From: Pocillopora damicornis
Lineage: Eukaryota
Assembly (NCBI RefSeq): GCF_003704095.1
Contig: NW_020844063.1
Span: forward strand, 62,001 to 126,000
Reading direction: 5' to 3'
DNA: 64,000 nt
The notes beneath the pieces are model-generated. The model was given only the letters and a program-made list of their open reading frames with translations. It searched no databases and had not been told where the DNA came from. The translations under genes and the position numbers were made by a program. Of the stretch, positions 41,501 through 52,443 are shown piece by piece; position 1 is the stretch's first letter; every line of letters starts with the position of its first letter.

Positions 41501-44500
41501 GACAGGAGAACAGGGCATAAGTAGTTATATTCTCACATGCAAGCGTGAATACTCGATAAATGCTAAGAAACAAATCAGCGTATTAGTGTTAATAGGATGT
41601 ACAGTTACCTGAGTCACAACCAACAAACTCAAGCCTCATTGAAATGTATGCATGCCATTCCACCGGGTGAACACGAAAAATACGGGCGATGATTGGTTCG
41701 TCCAGCTTGGTTTCCGCGACAGTCTGATAGTCTCTATTGGCATAGTATTCCTAGAAAGAAAAAAAAAACACATTCAGCATACTTACAAACATTTTTTGCT
41801 TATTTAACAGATATTGTTGGGTTGTTGTTAGACCCATAGCGGTATCTTTACTCTTTTTTTTTTTTTACAAAAAAGATCATTCCATCCAAAACTATACGTG
41901 ACATTTATTTTTGGATGTACATAAAGTTCGCGATAAGAAAGAAAAGTTAGTTACATAGGTTTCTTGTTTTAAATCTACACGTGGAATCTATATTTAGACT
42001 CAGTTTGTGATTTTAGGCAACGCTCAGTGATTGGTCTAGAAAGCTCGCGTCAAACCAATAAGATACAAAGTTTACTACAAACAACGACTTTTACTCCAGT
42101 TTGTCTCAGTGATTTATTTGGTTTGGGTTTACCACAGGAAGCACTTAGTGTTCTCTGCAATGAGTGAAGGCTCCCAGCTCGTAAATAGCTCAAAATTATC
42201 TCTATTGGTGGAATTTTAAAGCTCAAATTGTTCAGAGCAGAAAATAATTTCACTTTATGAATTTTTCTATGAAAACTATTATATGTTTTTACCCGCGGAA
42301 CATTGTAAGGATGGTGAAGTTGAAATGAGAAATATCCTCCATCAAGGCTGTAAGACACTATAAACTTGGTCACCCATTGTGCAGCGTTATGGCGTCCTTG
42401 GGTCAAAATCGTCGTTATTTTGACAATCTTTCCAAAATCCACTTGGAACCACTGGCCCTTGTCGTTGCGCTTAGCAATATAAGTGGTCTGGTGGTTGAGC
42501 CTTCCTTTATTTGCTGCATAGGATGCGCTATACTGCAAATATAAAAAACGTCAAGTACTGACTTAGTTCTGCGATGTAGCCTCTAGGACAAGCTTGTTTT
42601 CAAAAAGTGCAGTATCGAAACTTTCTAAGGGGTGAATAAGCACCCTTCATTTAGATTCTTCTTGAGAAAAACAGCTCATGGTCATGAAACTCAATTTTGC
42701 AGCAGAAATTACCTTGATCAAGTTACGAGATACAGTGTGTATTGAGGTGCGACCTTCAGATGGGAAAACCGTGACGGGACATGCCGTGACACGTCGCGTT
42801 ACCGTGACCGTGACATGCTGGTATTGCGTGACGCGCAATACCAGCATGTTAATAAGAAAGAAGGGTCTGCTCTAAAAGCTGTGGATTAATCGAAATAAGC
42901 GAGTTCGGAAATTAATAAGCAAGCCCATTGATCTATTCTCCAGTTTTGATCGTGAAACAACCTTTATAAATAACCAATATGTATTGAAAAAAGGCCACTC
43001 TATTTAAAGTAAATTAATTCATGATTATCACTACGAAAAGGCTTCTTTTCGAAGCCACATAATTCGTCGAGATGAGTGAGTGTGTGACTGAGTGAGCGGT
43101 AAACATTTAAGTTATCTCCTTTTGTGATTTCAAGCTTATAGCCACTAGCGCATCATGTTTTCAGTTCTTTCCGTGACATTACAGAAGACAGCAGTAGACG
43201 ATGAACATTACACAATCATTTCAGGACTGCACGTGACTAGAGACAACACTTTTCCTTGCAGAAATGTCTTGACAGATACATCATGAAACTCATAGGAAAA
43301 GATTTTTTTTCTTGAAATAATTACCAACGCGTAATTTAACTCAAACTTTTCATTGCAGAAACATCTCAATAGGTATGATCTGCACATCAAGGAAGCTTTG
43401 AAGAAAATATTTTTTGTTTGAAAGGAGAGCATTTTACCGTTTGAATCAGTGACTTATACCCTAAAGAGCCGCTTAATTTGCGAAGTGAGCAAGCTGCGAG
43501 ATTTACAGGGTGACTCTATTCAATGGAATGATAGGAAACAGTCGAACGGTAGAACGGTGGAATGGCGGAACCGAGAAATATCTTTAAACGCGGAATGCTT
43601 TGTTGTATGAGACAAAAATCGTGCAAAAATGTATTTGCAATAAAGTAATAATATTAGTTATAATTAGGAAGCAGAAGTACTTTCATAAATACCTCACTAG
43701 CAGACGATAATGCGGAGTTTGGAATTTTTCCATCTTCCAATCCCATCTTATCCATGCAATCTTATTGAATAAAAAGACGGGAAAGGGATGAATAAGGTTG
43801 ACGCAAAGTATAATCAGAGATTAAGGGCAGTTTATTTTAATGAATTCAAAGATATTTGTTGACTGTTTCTACCAATTGTAAACTTGTACCTCAAAATCAT
43901 TGTAACAGACATCACAGTACAGTTCTTCAATTGTTTGAACAAGTATTACTAGTAAATAAAGTTGATCTGGAGCTTCGGTCTGTGTCTGACTTATAGGTTT
44001 CTAGTTCTTGATGACCGCAAAATGATAAGAAAAAAGATCGAGTTAAATCAGACAGTTTCAATATGCTCATTCTTTTTTATTTCTCTACTTACACTTTGAA
44101 TTAGGCTTATATCAAGTAAATAAAACTCACAGCTCACTAATTTTTCCCCTTCACTTCTCTGTAAGTCTATTGGGAAAACTGGTGTTGTATAAGATACTGC
44201 ATTCATACCCATGCAATTTTTTTTTATTTGAGAGACACAATTGAATATACTTTACTCTCCGAACATACCTCCAGCAGCAAAACCTGAAAAATAATTCGAA
44301 ATTATAGTAAATCGACTGATATTCATTACAAATACTGCATAAAAATTTTGGCCTGACTGAATCAAAATCGTCTCTTAGAATAAAAGATATTTAAAGTCTA
44401 ATTCACGTTGTTTGCAAGATGCAATGTCATCTTTAGGAAAAGTTTGAGGAATTCCGGAACGATATTCTGGATATTCAGGGGAGGCGTGCATGAGTAATTA

Positions 44501-45748
44501 AGATGAGACCCGCTGAAAGTCACTTTGTAATAACTAGTTAATAATAGTAATAGAAATAAAAATGGAAATAATGTTTAAGAATTTAAGAATGGACATTCTA
44601 CTAGGTGGCTCTTCTTTTCCTCTGTTTCCAGATCGAATTGGAATTTGAAATTTTGGATTTAGTGGAAAACCGGAGGATCCAGAGGAAGAACCTCGAAGCA
44701 AGGACAAAAACCAACAACAAACTCAACCCACACACGTGACACCAAGTCCGGGAGTGATTGAACCCAGGCCACAGTGGTGGGAGGCGAGCGCTCTCACCGC
44801 TGTGCCATTCCCCACTCCCCAGCATAAGTGTGATAAACAGCCACTTTAATTGAACCTGCGCACAGCATGAATACAAAACAAATAATTTTTGGTTCAATTT
44901 AAGCATTTATAACGACTTTGGTGAAACTCATTGCTTATTTCGATATGAATTTTTAAAAATGGGCAGATTCATAAAATAAAGCTTATTTGAAGAACTGAGA
45001 CAGAAAATATCTGACTTATCTGCCAGCCTAGACCAATCAATCAGCTAGTCATCTGAGGTATTTATATGTCTCGCTCTAGAACAAGTGGGGAATTACAGAA
45101 TTCTAAACTAACCAAAAATTGAAAGTCAAAATGATCGTAACTACTTCAAAATGATAAGCTTTTGCGTCAAAAATAGACGATTCGTGATATCAGAATAACA
45201 AGTGTTATTCTGTGTTCTGTTCTGAAACTAGTGTTCTGAAACTAGACGGGAAGAGTGCCAAATGAACTTAAAAATATTTCAGCTTTCGGCCCTTGAAAAA
45301 AAAATTAAAAGCTTTATTTTAAAAAGATTTAAAGCTGGACATTGTGAATAGATCAGCGCGCAGTAACACTGGTTTTCGATTTGAATTAGGGGTAGCTCTC
45401 ATAAAGGTAGCTCCAAACCAAACAGTGGCTCTGATACTGAAATGGTACTGATACTGAACGATAAAACCTCGACGAAACACGTGAAAGGCGAGGCGACGAG
45501 ACTACTCAAATCAGGCTATCTCCTGACGTTTTCTTTTAATTACTGTTAAAGATAGAAAGAGAGACTATGTACCCGACGGACGTAACCATAATCAGTTTAT
45601 CCTATAGATTAATAGCTTACCAGTAATTTTATCTGTCACTCCCAGGAGTCAGGGAAGCTGCCTCCCACCAAATAGGAATAAAAAAACATGACTTACCTAC
45701 TTCAAGAAATAGTCTGAGCAAGATTACAAATTTCACTCCAGCGCCCAT
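14585..45748 (-). CDS. Gene A: large secreted coadhesin-like protein (signal peptide, >=14 F5/8 type C domains, 7 TSP1, 2 WSC-like domains)
   Basis: Exons (GT/AG, frame-consistent): signal peptide 45748-45697 and 44283-44269. F5/8C: #1 43760-43693,42532-42293,41750-41609; #2 41478-41150,40507-40363; #3 40059-39919,38764-38574,38092-37951; #4 37323-36971,36439-36298; #5 35568-35428,35160-34967,34352-34208; #6 33291-32939,32495-32354; #7 31779-31451,31044-30903; #8 30200-(gap)-29861; #9 29197-28866,28461-28320; #10 27765-27419,27124-26983; #11 26612-26275,25440-25296; #12 24909-24584,23618-23478; #13 22888-22557,22102-21961; #14 21343-21000,20908-20767. TSP1: 20351-20175,19938-19761,19103-18933,18486-18310,17762-17586,17203-17015,16628-16458. 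WSC-like: 16024-15731,14886-14585 (TAG). Motifs C..LGM..G.IP, QW.QVD, ATQGR, LR.E.YGC; DGG..W..W..CS.TCGGG..R.R.C. Confidence 0.88.
17458..17561. mobile_element. Palindromic MITE (GATCAATGTCAG...CTGACATTGATC)
   Basis: Terminal inverted repeats. Partial copy at 36588-36690. Confidence 0.65.
18012..18150 (+). mobile_element. Degenerate tRNA-derived SINE
   Basis: GCTCAGTTGATAGA ... TTCGAATCCCGTCAAAGC...TTTTTCAGGCTT. Confidence 0.55.
23943..24206. mobile_element. Non-autonomous TTAA-targeting element with GG...CC termini (Kolobok-like)
   Basis: TTAA-GGTGATTCCT ... AGGAATCACC-TTAA. Confidence 0.7.
25485..25650. repeat. Degenerate (GAAT)n tract
   Basis: Repeated atga/gaat units. Also at 26055-26075. 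Confidence 0.6.
28110..28207. repeat. 24-bp minisatellite built from (TCAG)n
   Basis: gtcagtcagtcagtcagtcacttc, about 4 copies. (TTCA)n at 28025-28052. Confidence 0.85.
29494..29785. other. Assembly gap (292 N)
   Basis: N run. Confidence 1.
29972..30071. other. Assembly gap (100 N, probably an unsized placeholder) interrupting F5/8C domain 8
   Basis: N run of exactly 100 with coding sequence on both sides. Confidence 1.
30390..30630 (-). mobile_element. Degenerate tRNA-derived SINE
   Basis: Minus strand GGTTAGTTCACG...GCGCCGGACTACCGTGCAAGAGGTCAAGGG, a tRNA-like head with a decayed B box. Confidence 0.4.
31858..32230. mobile_element. MITE with C-run/G-run inverted ends
   Basis: caattcaaagcttcaacatctccccc...ccccgagcatttga versus tcaaatgcctgtgggttgccggggggatattg...tttgattgg. 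Confidence 0.55.
33541..33744 (+). mobile_element. piggyBac-like MITE (TTAA CCCTTTAA ... GGG TTAA)
   Basis: TTAA TSD, TIR CCCTTTAACTCCCA / TGGGAGTTAAGGGG. Related copies elsewhere in the window. Confidence 0.8.
38785..38960. repeat. Fold-back (palindromic) element in intron
   Basis: ccatggaaattg..cgattttcattc..ttgcgatgcatcaa versus ttgatgcatcgcaa..gaatgaaaatcg..caatttcaatgg. Confidence 0.6.
39574..39825 (+). mobile_element. Abundant MITE-like repeat
   Basis: aaacctcgcaccactttctcaaacaatcag...tttggttttagttttgcgac...gcgctcta. Related pieces at 10095-10175 and 42000-42150. Confidence 0.5.
44593..44820 (-). mobile_element. tRNA-derived SINE
   Basis: Minus strand: A box TGGCACAGCGGTGAGAGCG, B box GGGTTCAATCAC, then a non-tRNA body (GGGTTGAGTTTGTTGTTGG...TTCCAATTCGATCTGGAA). 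Confidence 0.75.
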
Positions 45749-46566
45749 TTTGAGTTTACAACGAAATGTTACAACAGTGGTCGCCTCAAGGAAAACTCTA
45801 TGGTATCTCAGACTTAACGTAAACTTGTAATGACTTAAACGTGTAATGGAACAAAATGGGACTCTAACTTGATGAGAACCAAAGAAAATTCACGGAATAC
45901 ATCAAGACGTGTCACTTTCGGTTAAACGAGCCAATCAGAGTCTACATAGAAAAAAGTCGAATGGTAGTCATTTACGACTGAAAATGTTTTAAGTGACCAT
46001 CTATGTGGCCATGGTATCAGGGTTGTTGATTAAACTAGGAAACAATTGCTTTTTTTCTCCTTTAAAATTTGTTTACACAATTCCGCTGTGTTTGAATTAG
46101 TTATTCCTTTGAACATTGAAAAAGAGTAATATTCCTTGCACTGTAACAAATTAAATGAAGAAAAAAAGGTGTTACTAAAATATGTTTATCATAAGTGTAA
46201 TTCAGAACTTAAAATTTTACACATTATCTTCAAACAGTGAATTCAATTTTACAGCAATATTCTCAAGTAATATTGTAATAGTAAACACGTCTCTTACATC
46301 TAGACGCTCAAATATTTGTGTCTTTTTTAAGTGGTACATAACTATTTGTTTTTTCTGAACAACCGTTCGCATGAAAGTTGAAAATGGTCGGAGTATCTTA
46401 ACTAGTAAACAGAAACATCAATTAAATAGTATCATTACCCTTAAAATACCCATGTTTCCTTTTTTTTAACATTTTGAACGATTTTAGGTTGTTTACGCTT
46501 GATTCAAAGGAAATTAAAAGACCCCCACACTCAAACTGTGAAAAGATCCCTCAATAGGAAAATGAC

Positions 46567-47370
46567 ATTTACAACATAAATATAAGCACGTTCTCTTGCA
46601 GTTCTGATCGCAATTAATTGTGCTTATTTACTTTGATTTGAAAGACAATGGAAAACGTATCGGAGGTTAGCTTTAGGTTAGGAGGTTAGCTTTGCCCCCC
46701 AGATTATGATAATGTCGAACTTTGAACATTGCACTTTTTAAATGAAAGCGCTGTATTTCTGATACGTTCATTTCCGTGAAGTTGAAACTAAGTCTTCGTC
46801 CCTTTGTCATTTTGTTACTTTTAAATTGCCAAAATTGAAGGACCGTTGAAGAAGTTTTGTTTCGCACTTTGCCGCATGTACTATTGTAAACATAGTATAA
46901 TCACTATATGCAAATAACAATTTTGTTTGTATATCTTGGAACTGCTATATGCAATGCCAGTAAGATAATCTTTATCTATCTTAAACATATCTCGTATCAA
47001 TAAAATTTACAACATAAATGTAAGCACGTTTTCCTGCGGCCCTGATAACATTTAGTAATGTTTTATTATCTTGTTTTAAAGAATAATGAAAAAGGTATGG
47101 GAGGTTAGCTCAGCCCCCTAGGTTATGATAATGAATAACTTCGAACAGGTTACTTTTTAAATGAAAGCGCGTATACTATTGTCTTATACGAAGTCTTCAT
47201 CCCTTTGCCATTTTGTTACTGTTAAACTGTCAAAATTGAAGGGCCATACAGAAATGTTTTGTTTCAAGTTTTTTTTCAATGTTTTTTGCAGCCACGCACA
47301 CTATTGTCAACACAGTATAATTACTTCATGCAATGACAATTCTATTTGTCAATCTTTGAACTGCTATATT
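46567..47370. repeat. Diverged tandem duplication, 2 x ~420-440 bp
   Basis: atttacaacataaat.taagcacgtt at 46567 and 47005; ggaggttagct, aaatgaaagcgc, cattttgttact and aactgctatat each occur twice in the same order. Confidence 0.8.
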
Positions 47371-47583
47371 TCTCTAACACCAGGTGATACTTAGAACCCG
47401 TGCAAAACGTTTTTCATGTACGAGCTGTTTGTCTAAACACACACCGTACCAAATATTGGTGGGTTTGTAACCACTCAAAGCGTTAGAAGTACAGAAATTC
47501 GAAGGTGATCTTCCGTCCTCATCAAATTTAGTTTTGCAAGACTCATGCAAGTGATATTTTAAGTTGTCCTTTAATGGTATGTT

Positions 47584-47782
47584 GGGTAATTGATTAAATT
47601 GACGATTCGATTGAGGCCCCGCGCTACTGTATTTCTTTTTCTGTAACAAGCTTTCGCCGATCTACGACATCGTCATTCGTCGTCATTCCCTGACGATGCC
47701 GTAGATCGGCGAAAGCTTGGAACAGTAAACGAAATACAGTAGTGCAAGGCCTCAATCGAATCGTCAATTCAATCAATTACTC
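47584..47782. repeat. ~200-bp inverted repeat (~90-bp arms), probable inverted Penelope-like terminal-repeat pair
   Basis: gggtaattgattaaattgacgattcgattgaggcc...aagctttcgccgatctacgacatcgtca pairs with tgacgatgccgtagatcggcgaaagctt...ggcctcaatcgaatcgtcaattcaatcaattactc. Confidence 0.85.
47686..47722 (+). ncRNA. Minimal type I hammerhead ribozyme (Penelope-type)
   Basis: UUCC-CUGACGA-U-GCCG(UAGAU)CGGC-GAAA-GC-UU/GGAA: intact core boxes, 4-bp helix II, 4-bp helix I (UUCC/GGAA), palindromic AAGCUU helix III. Predicted cleavage after 47718. Confidence 0.72.
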
Positions 47783-49049
47783 ATACAGTTGAAATGAGCT
47801 CAATGTGCCGAATGTGCTTTCCTTTCCCATTTTGCTTGGCGGCGCATCAAAGCGGCCGTCCACGTCAAGAATTCACAAAACCACAAGATTTGGCGGTCAG
47901 ATCACAGTCAGATACAGAAAACTTGGCAACAGAAAAAATGCTAGTGAGTTAGGCCATATACTCGGTTTACATGTGAAAATTGTCCTTATAATGTTAGATA
48001 AACGTCTTCCAAAGCTCTCGGTGTGGAGCGAAATTCTTATATCGGTTACGGTGCGTAAATTATATATTTATCATATGGCTTAGGTTTGTGGCCGATGTAA
48101 CGCGCGCTCTGATTTGCTGAGTGAGATCAACGCAGGGTATTAAGCTCCCGTAAAATCATGGGCTGATTACGGATTTTGCGAAAAGGTAAGAACACAGAAT
48201 TTCTTTCAAGGATTGCGACTTTTTCTTAGAGGAAAACCGTCAGTGTCAACAACGTAATTTTTCGTCGATTGATATGGGAAGATGTTAACCTTGGGAACTA
48301 CAGCAAAGGTTTTAATGATATCCACAGAAAATAGGCTTAATGATGACAAAACCTAACAGGCAAACTTGTTTCCAACGATGAGGTTCAAATGGTGAATCCT
48401 TCTTCAAAAATTCCTTGAACGACTTTTTCTTTAAAAATTTAATATTTTATATTTCGTTAAGTAAAAATGCTGACGCCAACTCGCAAAAATAAGTGTGACG
48501 TTTGAAAAAATATTCAGGGACTGTATTCCGTAGCGTTTACATTTTCATTCACCAAGAGACCTTACATACTTGGGCCAGTGGTTTGAGGGAGACTTCTGTC
48601 TTTTCTGTATGCACTGACGGAGTTTTGCCCTGAGAATCGGACAAAATTTCTCTTAATAAGTTGTGACACCGCTACACTGAAATAAATTTACGCTTTCGAG
48701 AGCAATTTTTTTCTCGAAAATGCATTTGTCTTCCTGACGGAATGCTGAATAGTGCACCGACTTCATTTGCGTTGATAGACCGTGGATTTAAATCGATGAA
48801 TGAAAAAGTAAGCGCGCGCATCGCCGGATGTAAGGTAACGACTTCTGATTGCATGTATTTCCCTTTTCTTCGGAAAATGTTGTAAGCCAACACTTAGGAA
48901 GACGTTCATTCAATTCATATTTTTAGTTTGTACTTCGCGAATGGCTGGATGTGAATACCGTCCCCCACAGCATCAAAACTTCAGCATAACGTATGTTCCA
49001 GGTGGAACTTCACTATTTTGCCGTGGGGGTTTTCGTTCTCGGACCGCGC

Positions 49050-49325
49050 AAATTGTTTTGATTTTAAGTTGCTCATTTGCAGGGACGACCACGAAATGTA
49101 CACAGTTTTAAAACGCACGTGCTAAGCTATTGTTCAGGGCCCAGTTATACAAAGAGCGGATTACACTATCCAACGGATAAATCGCTATCTAGCGGATAAG
49201 TAATAACAAAACTTATAGCGTTATCCGCCGGATAGAGATTTATCCTGTGGATAGCGTTATCCGATCTTCTTTTGTTTTGCTACGTCCTCGTTGCCGTCGC
49301 CGTCTTGTTTTGCTAAAGTTCCCTC
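49050..49325. mobile_element. Nested insertion: GGATA/TATCC-rich MITE (49136-49265) inside an AGGGA...TCCCT element
   Basis: The flanks tttaaaacgcacgtgct... and tttgctacgtcctcgttgccg...ccct are nearly contiguous in the copy at 56844-57190. Confidence 0.6.
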
Positions 49326-49439
49326 TGACTTGCTGCTATTTTATGACCATTAGTGGCCAGAGAAATAAAGAAAAATAATTTTAAACTCGATTATATTTCT
49401 TATTATTTTGGTAACTAGCGCTTCTAAGAAGAACCTCTC

Positions 49440-50900
49440 ATCCTTCTTTGGGACCATGGTGTGGATCCTTAGGATACTTAAGTAAACGATCATCAACTCA
49501 ACTCCTTTCGCATGAAAGCCTTGGAAATCAATTAGCCACTGGTGGGGGGGGAGCCAATAAGGTGGTACATCTTGCTTTTTTTTTAATCGTCATGATAACG
49601 CAAAAGAAGTGGAAAATCTACCACAAATCTATGATAATCCGATGATGATGGCGCAGCGTAACTACGCCAAACGCTTCTCCTGTCAAATGACAGCGCAGTG
49701 TAGAGGTTTATAGCGATAGAAATAAGAGTGTTATAGCCAAGGACTGAGTAAAAGATTATCATTTCAAATACTTATGATCTTTACGTGGTAAGGAATATTT
49801 GAAAAAAACAATTTTAAACTTCATTATGTTTCAAATTGGTTGGTTAAATAGTGCACTCTAGAAGAACTTTTAATCTCACTTTAGGATTGCAGTGGGGATC
49901 ATTGGGATACTTATGAAAACGATCATCAACTCATGCAAATTCTTGTGATTAAAGATTGGTAAGAGAAATATGAGCAAAGAATCTTAAAATTGGTATAATC
50001 GCAAATCCACTTAGTAACCAACGAGGTACGGTGCGAAAGGTACTTAGCTCTCTCTTAAAGGTTGTGGCACGTACAGCTGGATACCTAAGAAGGCAAAGTG
50101 TTATCACTGAAGACTGAAATTCCCAAGATTATATCGTGCTGAGAGAAATAAGAGGGGAGAGTTTTAAATTTTATTACAACTCTAATTAATAATCAGCGCA
50201 GCATGAATGAAACCGCCTTGAAGTATTAGGACATTTCTTCACGATCAAGTCTGGATAACAAGTATAAATGTATAAAGGGTTTTTATTATAAAAACTTGAG
50301 ATTATAGGACGGTAAATAAAGTAAGAGAGAGGAATTTTACACCTTAAATATCTAGTTGATGAACAGTGGCAATGTAAGTTGAAAAAAAAAGAAAAACCGT
50401 CCACTGAGAGGCATTAGTATTCCTCTGTAGAATGGTGACCGAGGTGTCCAGTATAACGAAACGATTTGATTACAAATTCTTACGGATATACTGTGGTAAG
50501 TGAGATAAGAGAAAACATTTTTAACTCAGTTGATAATTGATATTGGCAGTGCAGCTTTCAAAAGATCGTCTACGAGGTACAATTGTGTGTATTGGAATTC
50601 CTCTCTATTTTCGTGGCATAGGTTATTAGGATAACCAAGTCAAAGATTATCATAACAAATTCCTATAAGATTATACAGTGGTAGGAGAAATGAGAAAAAA
50701 TAATTTAAAATTCAATTACATATCTACTTGTTTTTGATCACCAGTGCAACTTTAAAACCCCCCCAAAGGTCTCGGCATCCATATCATGCCTGGCTGCTAG
50801 GATAGCTGGAATAACTAATTAAAGTGACAGGTACTATTTCAAATACTTATGATTTTGGCGAGGTAAACGAAACCATAAATCATAACTTTGACCAGGGATG
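49440..50900 (+). repeat. Degenerate tandem array, ~180-bp period, ~8 units
   Basis: Motif aaat(a/t)c(t/c)ta(t)ga(t)...GGTAAG...gagaaa recurs near 49623, 49767, 49936, 50117, 50290, 50473, 50657 and 50840. Confidence 0.55.
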
Positions 50901-52443
50901 AACAATGTTAAAGGTTGGGGACGTTACTATAATCGTGGAGAAAAAGCTAGAAAAGGCGCGTGGTGGACGGCTGACGCCAAACAGGTTTTAATGTAAACAA
51001 TACTGTCGAGCAAGGAATTCTTTCGTAAGTACCGAAAAACTAAACTCATTAGTACTGAACGGAAGATACTCTTTAGCATGCATTAAGAAAGCTGATAACA
51101 CCATGGGTTGAAGCTGTTATAGTGCAATAGAGTTTCTACAGAGAGATAAAATGTATTGTTATGTTTGGAGTATTTAAAGTTCTCATGTCTTTATCGAGCT
51201 ATTTATATAACTGATAACAGTTATTTGTATGAGTTTTTATCTCTTTTGCACCAAAAAAATGTGCTAATTAGCCTATGCTTCTCGAGACTGACGGAAGTAC
51301 GGCTTGAGAGAGAAGCAGGCTCAAAATAAACGCCTTCTCTGTTTGCAAGAAGGAACCTTTTTTTCTCAGTACAATAGGCTCTAAATTTATCCGACTGACA
51401 AGCAGCGCTACAAATCTAGTGCCACCTGGCAATTGAGGATGGAAAATGGAGAGACGAGAAGGAACAATGTTAAAAAGCAAATCTTGGGGTATTACAATGA
51501 GGAAAGTTTTACATTTTTTGACTCCTTTGTAAGGTCAAAGTAATTCATCTTAAATCATAACAAGTGGAAAGCCTAGATACCAAGGTTAATTAGGTAGAGT
51601 TATGCAAAGTTTAATTTTGGCTGTTTCGGTCTATTTATGGTAGTGAATTGTCTAGTTTTAGCTTCCTTTCTTTATTTTCTACCTCAAACCAGAAAAATAT
51701 TTGCAGGTGATAATTTGGCGAGGCCGTTATTAAAAGTGGACTGAAAGCTTTAGGTCGTGAAATATTGCACGAAACAAAACTGCCCCTCTCTACTTTCACG
51801 GTATGTAGAACGTTGAAAAGAACTTGTACATCAGAGCGAGCTTGCAGCGTATTTTAATCTTGAGTTAATAACTTGTATGTTTTAGTCTTTCGAAAAGTTT
51901 TTGTATCTGCTCTGCTAGGCGAGTGTGTTTTGATAACAAGGTATTTTTTCTCCGCAGATAAGACAACCGCAATCTTCATAAAAAGCTGTCGTGCTTTCTG
52001 TCACCTGGTAGTAGAAAGTGAGAAAGGATAAAGTGAAAGTTATTTCATTGCGAGGCAAAGGTTACAAAGGATTTCCTGTTGAAACGCTTTTTCATTTACA
52101 TTCCAAAGAAGGTTAATATATGATTAACTCATACAAACAAAGGCAGAAAAAAAAGCTAAATCTCATTAAAGCTTTCTCTTAAAGTGTGAGCCTCTTCTGA
52201 AGAAAGTGTCGTTCATGATCACAGCTTTGGGTAATTGTGGCTTTCGAGGAATATTTTCCCATACTTAATTTTCCTGTATAATCTCTCAACAGGAATTTGT
52301 GCCCTTGGAATTGGGATGGTTGCCAATCTAAAACGGAAAAGCTTACAATAGGTACGTACGTAATCATGTGTTTAAATAAATCCGATTTCTTGCAATAAAA
52401 TTCGTGTTTTGCGCTGTCGTTGATCTGAACTCATTAACAAATC

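Noticed and set aside
209-42000. Many plus-strand and alternative-frame ORFs overlapping TSP1 and F5/8C exons
   Set aside because: Antisense or off-frame shadows of the minus-strand exons, with no independent motifs.
44593-44820. Possible tRNA genes (also ~18012 and ~30600)
   Set aside because: A and B boxes are present, but no closed cloverleaf is evident and each continues into a repeat body, so these are SINE heads.
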